A DNA stretch of 64,000 nucleotides from an uncultured Thermoplasmata archaeon (lineage in GTDB: Archaea; Thermoplasmatota; Thermoplasmata; Lutacidiplasmatales; UBA184). Position 1 is the first letter of the stretch, and every line of letters starts with the position of its first letter. Positions 1-8,992 of the stretch are shown in pieces. The stretch lies in contig CAVVLW010000011.1 in NCBI GenBank assembly GCA_963749205.1, positions 4,367-68,366 of the forward strand, read 5' to 3'. A program made the position numbers and the translations under genes. The notes beneath the pieces are model-generated. The model made no database searches, was not told where the DNA came from, and saw only the letters and a program-made list of their open reading frames with translations.

Positions 1-211
1 GGTCGTGTACGCGGCGCGGACGATGCACGTCCAGGCAGTGGCCGGGTACGCGCACGACCTCGCCGATCAGTTCAACCGGTTCTATCACGCCGTCCCGGTG
101 ATCCGGTCGGGCGCGGAACGCGAGAGCCGCATCGCGCTCGTCGCGGCGGTGCGACAAACCTTGGGAAACGCCCTTCTCCTGCTCGGAATCCCCCGACTCG
201 AGACGATGTGA
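1..211 (+). CDS. argS: arginine--tRNA ligase, C-terminal fragment; the gene starts upstream of the window
   Basis: Translation ...YAHDLADQFNRFYHAVPV...RIALVAAVRQTLGNALLLLGI..ETM* resembles the C-terminal anticodon-binding (DALR) end of class-I ArgS. Stop at 209-211. Confidence 0.55.
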   Translation, partial: VVYAARTMHVQAVAGYAHDLADQFNRFYHAVPVIRSGAERESRIALVAAVRQTLGNALLLLGIPRLETM

Positions 212-268
212 CGGGCGAAGTCGGAACGTCCAAATAGCTCGCGTACGTCCGACTCCCTCGAGAAGGCC

Positions 269-712
269 ATGGCATCGATCAAAGAGGACTTCGTCGCGTT
301 CATCACCAAGGGGAACCTCGTCCAGCTCGCGATCGCCTTCGTCATGGGTGCGGCGTTCACCGTGCTCGTCACCGCGATGGTGTCAGACATCTTCACCCCC
401 CTGATCGGGATCGCCGGGAACTTCAATTTCGCCTCGTGGAGCTACACGGTCCACGGAAGTACGATCATGCAAGGGGCGTTCCTCAACTCGCTCATCTCGT
501 TCCTCACGATCGCGCTGGTGGTCTTCTTCGTGATCGCCTTACCCTACCAACGGTGGGTCGACCGACAGGCGGCGAAGGCGCCCGCTGCCACCCCGACCAC
601 ACGGCCGTGCCCGGAATGCCTCTCTCAGATCCCGCTCGCCGCCCGACGCTGCTCGTTCTGCACCTCGGTTGTAACGCCGGTTTCGCCCGCCGTGTCGGCG
701 CCCGCGACCTAG
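269..712 (+). CDS. mscL: large-conductance mechanosensitive channel MscL
   Basis: 147 aa. N-terminus [30 protein letters not shown] followed by two TM helices matches the MscL family signature (FKEFAxKGNVxDLAVGVIIGAAF). Confidence 0.85.
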   Translation: MASIKEDFVAFITKGNLVQLAIAFVMGAAFTVLVTAMVSDIFTPLIGIAGNFNFASWSYTVHGSTIMQGAFLNSLISFLTIALVVFFVIALPYQRWVDRQAAKAPAATPTTRPCPECLSQIPLAARRCSFCTSVVTPVSPAVSAPAT

Positions 713-1400
713 TGCGACTGCGCGAGCGGGTCCGCAACGGCCGCCTCAGCGAACCCTCGAGCCCGCAGGCGACAGGAATCGCACGTCCCGCAGGGAGTTC
801 GACCACCGGCGTAGCAGCTCCAGGTGAGCGACCAGGGCACACCGAGCCGTTCTCCCCAGCGAACGATGTCGGCCTTGGATTTGGTGAGCAGGGGGGCGCG
901 AACGCGGAAGCGCACCTTCCCCTCTACCCCTGCCTTGGTCGCCACGCGCGCCAGTCGTTCGAATGCCTTCAGGAACGCGGGCCGGCAGTCCGGGTAGCCG
1001 GAGTAGTCGATGGCATTCGCCCCGATCACGATCGTGTCGAGTCGGTGGCTTTCGGCGTACCCCAGCGCGATCGCAAGGAGGATCGTATTCCGGGCGGGAA
1101 CGTAGGTGGACGGGATCTTTTCCTGGCGCACCGGCCGGGAGGAATCCTTCGCCGTCGGTCGGTCAACGACGAATCGAGCAGGGGACCGAGCGGGAGGTGG
1201 AGGACGACGTGGCGTTGGACCCGGTAACGCCGCGCGAGGGCGCGCGCGGACCGTACCTCTCGCGCATGCCGTTGCCCGTAGACGACCGTGAGCGCATGCA
1301 CCGGTCCGCGTTCCCTAGCGACGAGCGCGAGGCAGGCCGCCGAGTCCATGCCTCCCGAGAGGAGGACGACGTTCCCGTGCCGGGTCCGGGCAGAGCTCAT
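709..1400 (-). CDS. queC: 7-cyano-7-deazaguanine synthase QueC (archaeosine/queuosine precursor); reading frame broken near 1105-1140
   Basis: N-terminal part ([24 protein letters not shown]...YGQRH...) sits in the frame of ORF 1026..2168. C-terminal part ([14 protein letters not shown]...[10 protein letters not shown]...CGTCDSC zinc site) sits in ORF 709..1131. Total length of 692 nt is not a multiple of 3, so one indel is implied. ATGA overlap with the next gene at 1397-1400. Confidence 0.8.
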
Positions 1401-2059
1401 CCGACCCCTCCCCACGCGGCAACTATCACCGCCGCGATCGCGACCGCCGAGAGCATCCCGAGGAAGTTCGTGGCGCCTTTCGAAAGATAACCGCGGTTCT
1501 CGAGCGTCTCCCCGAGGACGGAGTCGACCTGGCAGCCGAGGAACCCCGCCACGACCACCGCGCCGAGGAAGACGGGCGCCGCCGGCACCGCCGCGGCGAA
1601 CAGCCGGAATAGCGCGAGGCCGACGATCGCGGTGAGACCTGCGCCCACGAATCCCCAGGCCTCCCCGACGGCCGAGACCCCTCCGTTGGTGCCGGGCGTG
1701 ACGGGCCGTAAGGTGAGGATGCTGCGTGCTTTGCCCGCGAGCACGCCGAGCTCGCTCGCAAAGGTGTCCGCTGCGCCGAACGCGAGGGCGCTCGCGTAGA
1801 GCACCGCGAGCGTCGGGGCAGGGATCAACGGTGGGGCCCAGCCACCGGCGATCGCGAGGCCGGTGGGAAGGACGATGTGCGCGACGACGTTCGAGACCCC
1901 CCGCTCCCCCGCCGTGCCCTCCTGCACGTTCTTGCTTCGTTTCTCCTGGATCCGGAACCGGGTGGCCAGTACGCTTGCGACGACGAAGAGGATCAGGAGC
2001 GCGAGGAAGGGGAAACCTACCAGGACCACGATCACGACCCCGAAGGCCGCGGCGACCAC
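1397..2059 (-). CDS. DUF92/TMEM19-like integral membrane protein
   Basis: 220 aa, 5-6 predicted TM helices, conserved basic loop RFRIQEKRSKNVQEGTAGERG. Start ATG overlaps the queC start region. Confidence 0.5.
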   Translation of the reverse strand: MVAAAFGVVIVVLVGFPFLALLILFVVASVLATRFRIQEKRSKNVQEGTAGERGVSNVVAHIVLPTGLAIAGGWAPPLIPAPTLAVLYASALAFGAADTFASELGVLAGKARSILTLRPVTPGTNGGVSAVGEAWGFVGAGLTAIVGLALFRLFAAAVPAAPVFLGAVVVAGFLGCQVDSVLGETLENRGYLSKGATNFLGMLSAVAIAAVIVAAWGGVG

Positions 2060-2225
2060 CCCCGCGAGAGGGGTCAGCGCCCGCGCCGCGACAGCGCCGA
2101 CGGCAAGTGCAACGGTGAAGATGACTCCGAAGGAGGCGGGGATGATTCCGATACCACGATCCGCCCACGGTCGCCAGAGGGCGGAGGGTTTAACGCCTTC
2201 CGAACAACCGGCGGCGATTCCCGTC

Positions 2226-2813
2226 CTAACCTCTCGCGAGAATGCGCAGTACGGCGTTCTCGAACGTACCGGCGAGTAGGTCGGGACTCAAGTCCCCTTT
2301 TGCGAACTCGGCGAAGGATTCCTCGGTGCGGGTTCGATTCGGCACGAGTGCGGTCAGGAGTCCGAGTTTACGTCCGGCTTCGATATCCAATCGGCGGTCG
2401 CCGACGATCGCACTCGAAGAGAAATCGATATTCCAGTCCCGTTGGGCCTCCTCGAAGAGCAGGGTGCCGGGCTTGCGGCAAGCGCAGTGGCGCTCGGGCG
2501 CGTGCGGGCAGTAATAGAACCCGTCAATCTCGGCGCGCTTCCGGCGAAGAAGCTCGTTCAGACGACGGTGGACTCGTTCCACGTCCTCCCGCGTATAGAG
2601 CCCTCGGTCGACTCCGGATTGGTTGGTGACACAGATGACCAGGTACCCGTGCTGACGCGCGAGCGAGAGCGCATCCCCCACGCCGCGGAACAGGTCGAGG
2701 CGTTCTGCTTCCTTGAGATAGTGCAGGTCGGGGTTGAGCGTCCCATCGCGGTCCGTGAAGAGCGCTCGACGGACCGGCCGGGCCGGCGGCGCCCGCCCTC
2801 CGTTGGTTCCCAT
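2226..2813 (-). CDS. gmhB: HAD-IIIA phosphatase (D,D-heptose-1,7-bisphosphate / histidinol-phosphatase-like, GmhB family)
   Basis: Internal start MGTNGG...; HAD motif I FTDRDGTLN; motifs CVTNQSG and DxxYCPH...C.CRKP typical of the GmhB/HisB-N family. The long upstream extension of the ORF is arginine-rich and judged spurious. Confidence 0.7.
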   Translation of the reverse strand: MGTNGGRAPPARPVRRALFTDRDGTLNPDLHYLKEAERLDLFRGVGDALSLARQHGYLVICVTNQSGVDRGLYTREDVERVHRRLNELLRRKRAEIDGFYYCPHAPERHCACRKPGTLLFEEAQRDWNIDFSSSAIVGDRRLDIEAGRKLGLLTALVPNRTRTEESFAEFAKGDLSPDLLAGTFENAVLRILARG

Positions 2814-2844
2814 TGCCGCAGGGCATCGCCACGAACGATAAGAG

Positions 2845-3657
2845 TTGAGGCGGGGTGAGAATCCTGTCATGACGTTTCGGCAGGACGGTCCGCTCGACAT
2901 GCGGGACGAGCACCGATTTTCCACCCTCGATGCAGCCTTTGAACGCGCCATCTCGCCTTGGGAAAAGCCCGAAACCCCGGTAACGCTCCTTTTCTCCGGT
3001 GGTGTTGATTCCGGTCTGCTCGCCTGGGCGCTGCGGCACCACCCCGGCCTCACGCTCATCACGGTCGGGGTGCGCGGCAGTCCCGACCTTCGTGCCGCGG
3101 AGGAGAGCGCGGCCCTCATCGGGACCCGATGGGTGTCCTCCGAGATCACCGCCCCCGAGGTCCGGGAGCTGGCGGACCGGACCCGTGCCGATACCGTCGA
3201 CCTCCCGCGAACGACTCGCAACGTCCTCATCGCGTTCGCGCTCGCTCTCGACCGCGCGCCCCGAACGCCGATCCTCTGTGGCCAAGGCGTGGACGAACTC
3301 TTTCTGGGCTACGCTCACTTCCATGGGCTGGGTCCCGCCGAGGCCGCGAAACGATCCCAAGCCGACCTCCGCGTTCTCCTCGAGCGCGACTGGCCCCGGT
3401 CCCAGCAGATCGCACGGCGGACCGGACGGACGGTGGTCGCGCCGTATCTACACCCGGAATTCGTCGCGGCGGCGGGCGAGGTGCCTATCGAGCGTCGGAT
3501 GTCCGAACCGGTACCGAAGGGTTTTTTCCGGGAGTGGGCAATGCGACGGGGATTGCCCGCAGTGATCGCGACCCGTCCGAAGCGGGCGCTCCAGTACGGG
3601 AGTGGCGTGGATCGCCTCGTTCCCGAGGAGGCGAGGGGCAATCCGGGTCCTCGATAA
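2845..3657 (+). CDS. asparagine-synthetase-like PP-loop ATP pyrophosphatase (AsnB C-terminal domain only; no glutaminase domain)
   Basis: PP-loop SGGVDSGLLAWAL and CGQGVDELFLGY motifs as in the AsnB synthetase domain (PF00733). Start could instead be the ATG at 2869. Confidence 0.6.
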   Translation: MRRGENPVMTFRQDGPLDMRDEHRFSTLDAAFERAISPWEKPETPVTLLFSGGVDSGLLAWALRHHPGLTLITVGVRGSPDLRAAEESAALIGTRWVSSEITAPEVRELADRTRADTVDLPRTTRNVLIAFALALDRAPRTPILCGQGVDELFLGYAHFHGLGPAEAAKRSQADLRVLLERDWPRSQQIARRTGRTVVAPYLHPEFVAAAGEVPIERRMSEPVPKGFFREWAMRRGLPAVIATRPKRALQYGSGVDRLVPEEARGNPGPR

Positions 3658-3724
3658 GCGGGTGTGGCCCCGTTTTCTTCGTCATCGACAGTAGCCCTAT
3701 ATATCCGGGCCCGGGTCCCGGGCC

Positions 3725-5092
3725 GTGGCGGACGATTCCTCCGATCTCTTCTGCCCGCTCGAGTTTCGATACGGACGGGAGAACGTCCGCGCCCTGTTCT
3801 CCCGAGGCGCCCGACTCGCTCGAGCCCTGCGGGTCGAGGCGGCGCTCGCCGCGACCGAGGCCGAGGTCGGGATGATCCCCCCGGAGGCCGCCGTCGCGAT
3901 CGGCCGGGTGGCCGACCTCGACCACGTCTCCATCGACACGGTCGACGTGTTCGAGCGGTCCCTGCGCCACGACGTCATGTCGATGACCCGCGCCCTCGCC
4001 GAAGCCGCGGGGCCGGACGGTCGATGGGTCCACTTCGGCGCCACGAGCGTGGACATCACCGACACAGCCTTGGCGCTTGAACTGAAGGAGAGCGCGGTGG
4101 TCCTTCGCCAGGACCTGACCGAGCTGGCGCGTGCGCTGGTCGACCTAGCGAAGCGCCATCGAGCGACCCCCGAGATCGGACGGACTCACGGTCAACACGG
4201 GATTCCGATCAGCTTCGGCTACAAGGCCGCGGTCGGCGCCGCGGAAGTGATGCGCCACCGTCGAAGGTTGGACGAACTGCTCCCCCGTCTCGCGGTCGGG
4301 AAGATGGCGGGAGCGGTCGGCACGGGCGCGGGCTTTGGGCGACACGCGGTCGCGGTCGAGACGGGCGTGATGCACCGACTGGGCCTGACCGCCGACGAGG
4401 CCCCGACCCAGCTCGTGGGGCGGGACCGACTCGCCGAATTCACCAACTGGATGGCGCTCGTCGCCGCGACGGCGGAGCGCCTGTCCACGGAGGTTCGCAA
4501 CCTGCAACGCACCGAGATCTCGGAGGTCTCCGAGCCGTTCGACGAGGTCCATCAGGTCGGCAGCTCCACGCTGGCCCAGAAACGGAACCCGATCGTCTCC
4601 GAGAACGTGAGCAGCTTGGCCCGCCTCGTACGTGCGTTCGCCTTGCCTCCGCTCGAGAACATGGTCCAATGGCACGAACGAGACCTGGCGAACTCGGCCA
4701 ACGAGCGGATCGTGATTCCGCACGCGATCGTGCTCGAAGATGATTTGCTCTCCAAGCTCGTCGATATTTTCCGGGGCCTGCACGTCGACCCGAAGCGCAT
4801 GGGGGAGGAGTTGGCCCGCACCGGCGGCGCAGCCATGACGGAGAACCTGATGCTCGCCCTCACGTCCAAGGGCCTCGCGCGGTCCGAGGCTCACGAGGCC
4901 CTCCGAAAGCTCACACGGAACCCGGCAGAGGGCCCACCGCTCGCCGACCGCGCCCGAGCCGATACGGCGATCCAGAAACTCCTGACGGCCCACGAGATCG
5001 ACGAGCTCCTCGACCCGGCCAGCTACGTGCGTGCGGCGGCCGAGAAGACCGACCGGGTAGTGGCGGTCCTCGAGGGCGAGCTAAAGGGATGA
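3725..5092 (+). CDS. purB: adenylosuccinate lyase
   Basis: 455 aa. Fumarate-lyase superfamily signature GSSTLAQKRNP and full-length ASL-like alignment (...TSVDITDTA...RTHGQHG...). Confidence 0.9.
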   Translation: MADDSSDLFCPLEFRYGRENVRALFSRGARLARALRVEAALAATEAEVGMIPPEAAVAIGRVADLDHVSIDTVDVFERSLRHDVMSMTRALAEAAGPDGRWVHFGATSVDITDTALALELKESAVVLRQDLTELARALVDLAKRHRATPEIGRTHGQHGIPISFGYKAAVGAAEVMRHRRRLDELLPRLAVGKMAGAVGTGAGFGRHAVAVETGVMHRLGLTADEAPTQLVGRDRLAEFTNWMALVAATAERLSTEVRNLQRTEISEVSEPFDEVHQVGSSTLAQKRNPIVSENVSSLARLVRAFALPPLENMVQWHERDLANSANERIVIPHAIVLEDDLLSKLVDIFRGLHVDPKRMGEELARTGGAAMTENLMLALTSKGLARSEAHEALRKLTRNPAEGPPLADRARADTAIQKLLTAHEIDELLDPASYVRAAAEKTDRVVAVLEGELKG

Positions 5093-5382
5093 GCGTCGAG
5101 GGCGAACCCTGGACCGCCACGGTGACCGTTCGGACCCGCAACGACCGTCTCACGGCGATGCTCGAGCGCTCGTTGCGCCCCGAGGCGGACCGGGAAGTGC
5201 CCCGCGCGCGCGCCACGCTGCGACGGCCCTCCCCCCACATCGTCGAGCTTGCGATAACCGCACGTGATTCCGGCGCCATGCGGGCCGCATTGAACACGTA
5301 CCTCGGTTGGGTTTCGTTGGCACTCACCACCCTGCGATCCGCCACGCGGGCGGGCTCATCGCCCGAGCCGCGTGCCCGCTAA
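5089..5382 (+). CDS. pcc1: KEOPS complex subunit Pcc1
   Basis: 97 aa. ...PHIVELAITARDSGAMRAALNTYLGWVSLA matches the Pcc1 family (A.D..ALRAS.NSYLRWI). ATGA overlap with the purB stop. Confidence 0.6.
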   Translation: MSVEGEPWTATVTVRTRNDRLTAMLERSLRPEADREVPRARATLRRPSPHIVELAITARDSGAMRAALNTYLGWVSLALTTLRSATRAGSSPEPRAR

Positions 5383-5800
5383 CGTTCCGCCGAAGCGCTT
5401 ATGTTCCGCGCCGGGTCAGGCGGCCGTGGCCCTTCCCGCGAAGCTCCAAAACGACCTGAAGCAGTTCCAGCGCCTTCAGCAGGAGCTGGGGAACGCCCAA
5501 CAGCAGCGCATGCAGATCGACCTCAAGTTGCGTGAGGTCACGCACACGCTCGAGGAACTGAAGACCATCGCCGACGATGCGGTCCTCTACCGGCCGATTG
5601 GTGGCCTCCTCGTCCGCGCGAAGAACAAGAAGGAGGTCGAGGACCTGCTCTCGGAAGAGAAGGAGACGGCCGAGGTGCGGGCGAAGGCGATCGAACGCCA
5701 GGAAAATCACCTGAAAGATCGCTACACGACGATGCAGCAGGAACTCACCCAGGCCCTGCAGGCCGCGGGCATTCAGCCCTCGGGTTCGACCTCGGAATAG
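5372..5800 (+). CDS. pfdB: prefoldin beta subunit
   Basis: Coiled-coil protein LPAKLQNDLKQFQRLQQELGNAQQQRMQIDLKLREVTHTLEELKTIADDAVLYRPIGGLLVRAKNKKEVEDLLSEEKE... typical of archaeal prefoldin beta. Apparent GTG start. Confidence 0.85.
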   Translation: MPANVPPKRLCSAPGQAAVALPAKLQNDLKQFQRLQQELGNAQQQRMQIDLKLREVTHTLEELKTIADDAVLYRPIGGLLVRAKNKKEVEDLLSEEKETAEVRAKAIERQENHLKDRYTTMQQELTQALQAAGIQPSGSTSE

Positions 5801-5804
5801 CCCT

Positions 5805-6866
5805 TTACGATTTCCGGCGGACCAGCCGGTCGGCGATCTCCCGGATCAGGGGTTTGCCTCGGCGTCCTAGGCTACGGCTCCGGTCGAGTCGTTTGAGCGC
5901 GCGGGTGGTCAGTTCGGCGATCCGCCGTTCGGAGTACGCGAGGCTTCCGGTGGCGCGGATGACCTCGCGCGCGCGCTCCACGTCCTCCGGGGTCGCCTCG
6001 GCGTTACCGAGCACTCGAGTGAGGCGGGTCCGGTCCGCTTCGCTAGCCGACGCCCATGCCCGCACGACGAGCAGCGTCCGCTTCCCCTCCGCGAGGTCGT
6101 TCGCGCTCTTCCCGGACTCGTCGGCATCGAAGCCGGCGCCGAGCACGTCGTCCCGCAACTGGAACGCGATCCCAAGGTCGGTCCCGATGGACTCGAGGTC
6201 CGCGAGTCCTGCGCGAGACATGCCGCCGAGGACCGCACCGATCCGCAACGGGCACGCCACCGTGTACATCGCGGACTTGAGACGATGGACGTTCAGGACG
6301 TCGGCTTCCGTCACCGACCCGGGGTCGAGGGTCCCATTTCGGATGTCGAGCAGCTGTCCGTAGGCGGTGAGCCGGGTCATCCGCACGTACTCGGCCAGGG
6401 CGGCGAGCCGGGCCGCAGCGGGCACGGACGTCGAGAGGATCGCCTGCACGGTGAACGGCTCCTCGAGGTCGCCGAGGGTGATCGCGATCCCCATCCCGTA
6501 TTCCTCGCTGGAGCCCTCGCGTCGCTCCTTGCGATGGCTCGCGCTGACCGCGCGGTGCACGGTGGGCCCCCCCCGACGCTCTTCGGAGTGGTCGATGATG
6601 TCGTCGTGGATCAACATCCAGCTCTGGAAGTGCTCGAGCGCCGCCGCCGCCGGGACCGCGGGCCGAGGGGCGCGCCCGGTCGCGAGGTGATACCCCGCAA
6701 GCAGGAGGACCGCCCGGAGCCGCTTCCCTCCCCGAAGGGTGAATTCGCTGTTCACCTCCAGATACGGTCGGACAGTGAGGGGGGCGGTTTTTCGTTCTCG
6801 GCGATACGAGGCCCGCAGTTCCGCCTCGACCGGGCGAAGGTACCGATAGAGTTCGGAGAGATTCAC
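5805..6866 (-). CDS. idsA: polyprenyl (geranylgeranyl) diphosphate synthase
   Basis: 353 aa. First and second aspartate-rich motifs LIHDDIIDHSEERRG and FQLRDDVLG; trans-isoprenyl diphosphate synthase fold. Confidence 0.85.
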   Translation of the reverse strand: MNLSELYRYLRPVEAELRASYRRERKTAPLTVRPYLEVNSEFTLRGGKRLRAVLLLAGYHLATGRAPRPAVPAAAALEHFQSWMLIHDDIIDHSEERRGGPTVHRAVSASHRKERREGSSEEYGMGIAITLGDLEEPFTVQAILSTSVPAAARLAALAEYVRMTRLTAYGQLLDIRNGTLDPGSVTEADVLNVHRLKSAMYTVACPLRIGAVLGGMSRAGLADLESIGTDLGIAFQLRDDVLGAGFDADESGKSANDLAEGKRTLLVVRAWASASEADRTRLTRVLGNAEATPEDVERAREVIRATGSLAYSERRIAELTTRALKRLDRSRSLGRRGKPLIREIADRLVRRKS

Positions 6867-6891
6867 GAAGATTGCGTGTGGACACCCGCGT

Positions 6892-6898
6892 ATTTAAT
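6892..6898 (+). promoter_or_regulatory. TATA-like element TATTTAA upstream of the TPR gene
   Basis: AT-rich heptamer in an otherwise 68% GC background, located between the divergent idsA and TPR genes. Confidence 0.3.
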
Positions 6899-8048
6899 GC
6901 ACCCGGGTTTCCGACTGAGTCGTGGCGTCCACGGCATTCGTCCAGCTCTCGGGGGACTCGTCGAGGCGATGGGTCAACGGCTCGACGCGGCGAAGCCACT
7001 CCCCGAGGGTCTGGTCCTCCGAACCGAGGACGGTTTCCTCTATGCCTTCCTCGAGGACCCCGACCAGGTTTCCCTCGATACGATCCGCCGCGTGTTCGAG
7101 GCCGGCGATGGTACTCCCGCGCACCTGGTCGTACTGACACCCGGGCACCTGCCCCTCGCGATCGCCGCCGAGGTGCAACAGCGCTCGGGTACCCTGGTCG
7201 AGGGAGCGCGCTTCGCGGAGCTTGCGCGTCAGCTCGGGCTCGAGTCGCTGCTGGGGGAGGAACCCCGGGCTCCCGGCGCCGCCCGACCCCGGCTCCTTCC
7301 GAGCGCCCGGCTTTTGGACGCGGCGATGAGTCGGGCTCGAACCTGGCTCGAATGGGGAGTTCCCGCTCTCGCATTGCGATTCTACCGTCAGGCCACCGAT
7401 CTCAAGCCGGGCTTCCTTCCGGCCAAGATCGGCGTCGGACGTTCCTTGCTGGGCCTGGGGCTGACGGACGATGCCGACCGCGCGTTCATGGAGGTGATCG
7501 CGGTCCGACCCGCGGACCTCGATGCGTGGCTAGGCAAGGCGGCCGTGCTCGGCGCCCGGGCGAGGCCGAAGGAGGAGATCGAGGTCTATCGGGCGTTGCT
7601 CGCGGAGGACGATGCGCGTGTCGAGGTCCGGGCTCACCTGGTCGCCGCGCTCGTCGAGCTCGGCGACTGGGCGGCGGCGCGGGTAGAGGTGGAAGCGATG
7701 CTCTCGACCACCCCGGAGGACCCCCAGCTCCGGTTCCTGCATTCGGTGACGCTCACTCGGACCGGGGAGAAAGAGGGCGCCGACCAGGAGCGGGACGAGG
7801 CTCGGCAGCTGGGACTCACCCTAGAACGAGAGACCGCGCTGTGCCTCCACCTCGGTCTTCCCCCGCCTTCTCCGCCGACCACAAGGGGGATGGCTCCGAC
7901 CATCGCGGGTCCGGTCCGCCGCGCCCGTTCGCCGCCGCGGCCGAAGCCGCGCCGCCGTGCGGTGGGAAAACCCGTCCTTGCGCCAAAGGCCCCCGCGGCG
8001 AGGGCTCGGACTCCCGTCCGGCGACCGGCGCACCGAAAACGTAACTAA
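6897..8048 (+). CDS. TPR-repeat protein with a proline/arginine-rich C-terminal tail
   Basis: Central region has TPR-like repeats (LRFYRQATDLKPGFLPAKIGVGRSLLGLG...AWLGKAAVLGARARPKEEIEVYRALLAEDDA...). The upstream part of ORF 6285..8048 is antisense to idsA and ignored. Start chosen at the first ATG after the idsA end; alternatively 6969. Confidence 0.45.
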   Translation: MHPGFRLSRGVHGIRPALGGLVEAMGQRLDAAKPLPEGLVLRTEDGFLYAFLEDPDQVSLDTIRRVFEAGDGTPAHLVVLTPGHLPLAIAAEVQQRSGTLVEGARFAELARQLGLESLLGEEPRAPGAARPRLLPSARLLDAAMSRARTWLEWGVPALALRFYRQATDLKPGFLPAKIGVGRSLLGLGLTDDADRAFMEVIAVRPADLDAWLGKAAVLGARARPKEEIEVYRALLAEDDARVEVRAHLVAALVELGDWAAARVEVEAMLSTTPEDPQLRFLHSVTLTRTGEKEGADQERDEARQLGLTLERETALCLHLGLPPPSPPTTRGMAPTIAGPVRRARSPPRPKPRRRAVGKPVLAPKAPAARARTPVRRPAHRKRN

Positions 8049-8083
8049 GCGTCCGCCGACTCGACGCGTACCCCGAGGTCGCG

Positions 8084-8992
8084 ATGCGTGTCGTTTCCGT
8101 GCTCCCGAGCGCGACGGAGATCGTGTATGGCCTGGGTCACGGCGCGGAGCTAGTGGGGCGGAGCTCGGAGTGCGACTTCCCCCTCGAGGCGACCTCGCTG
8201 CCAGTGGTGATGCGCCCACGAACCTGGGATTCGGCCCAACCTTCCCGGGAGATCGACGCACGGGTCCGGAACGTGCGCGGGCGGCGCGAGAGCCTCTACG
8301 AGCTCGACATCGACCTGTTGGCCCGGCTCGAACCGGACGTGCTCTTAACGCAGGACCTCTGCGGCGTCTGTTCGGTCACGGACGCGGAGGTCGCCGCGGC
8401 CTGTGCGAAGGCCGACGTCGCTCCGCTCATCGTCTCCCTGACCCCCCGCACCCTCTCGGAGGTTTGGTTCAGCATCGAGACGGTGGCAGGTGCACTCGAC
8501 GATCCGTTTCGGGGGCGGGAGTTCAGGCGCACACTCCAAGCCCGAACGGCCCCGAACCGACTCCCCGCTCGGCCGCCCCGGGTCGCGGTGGTGGAATGGC
8601 TCGATCCCCCGATCCTCGCCGGTCTCTGGGTACCGGAGATGGTCCGAGCCGCGGGAGGGTCCGTCGTGGGCACTCGGCGCGGGAAGCCCGGCGTCCGCAC
8701 CACGTGGAAGGAGATCGCGGAGGGCTCCCCGGACCTCCTCGTCCTGAGTCCGTGCAGTTTCTCCGTGGAACGGAGCCGGCGAGAGCTCCTCGATGAGGAG
8801 TTGCGGCGGGCCATCTCGGAGGTCCCGGCGCCGAAGGGCGTCTACGTCGCCGATGAAGCGTACTTTTCCCGTCCCGGACCGCGCCTCGCGGACGGCGTAG
8901 ACCTCGTGCGACACCTCCTCACGGGCGCGTCCTGGCGTCCCCCGATCCCCGTGGAGCCGTTCGCCCGCCCGTCGGAGGCCGCCTCCGCATGA
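8084..8992 (+). CDS. Peripla_BP_2-like (cobalamin/Fe-siderophore binding-protein fold) protein without a signal peptide
   Basis: RVVSVLPSATEIVYGLGHGAELVGRSSECDFP... aligns with BtuF/FhuD-type binding proteins (RIVSLAPSNTEIL.ALG..D.VVGV...CDYP). No hydrophobic N-terminal leader. Confidence 0.55.
   Translation: MRVVSVLPSATEIVYGLGHGAELVGRSSECDFPLEATSLPVVMRPRTWDSAQPSREIDARVRNVRGRRESLYELDIDLLARLEPDVLLTQDLCGVCSVTDAEVAAACAKADVAPLIVSLTPRTLSEVWFSIETVAGALDDPFRGREFRRTLQARTAPNRLPARPPRVAVVEWLDPPILAGLWVPEMVRAAGGSVVGTRRGKPGVRTTWKEIAEGSPDLLVLSPCSFSVERSRRELLDEELRRAISEVPAPKGVYVADEAYFSRPGPRLADGVDLVRHLLTGASWRPPIPVEPFARPSEAASA

Noticed and set aside
1026-2168. 380-aa minus-strand ORF read as one protein
   Set aside because: Only its last about 85 codons (MSSARTRHG…SLTD, the QueC N-terminus) are meaningful. 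The remaining 256 codons are Arg/Gly-rich antisense of the DUF92 gene, a typical high-GC artefact.
6043-7374. 443-aa minus-strand ORF overlapping idsA and the TPR gene
   Set aside because: Arginine-rich, no domain, overlaps two well-supported genes on both strands.
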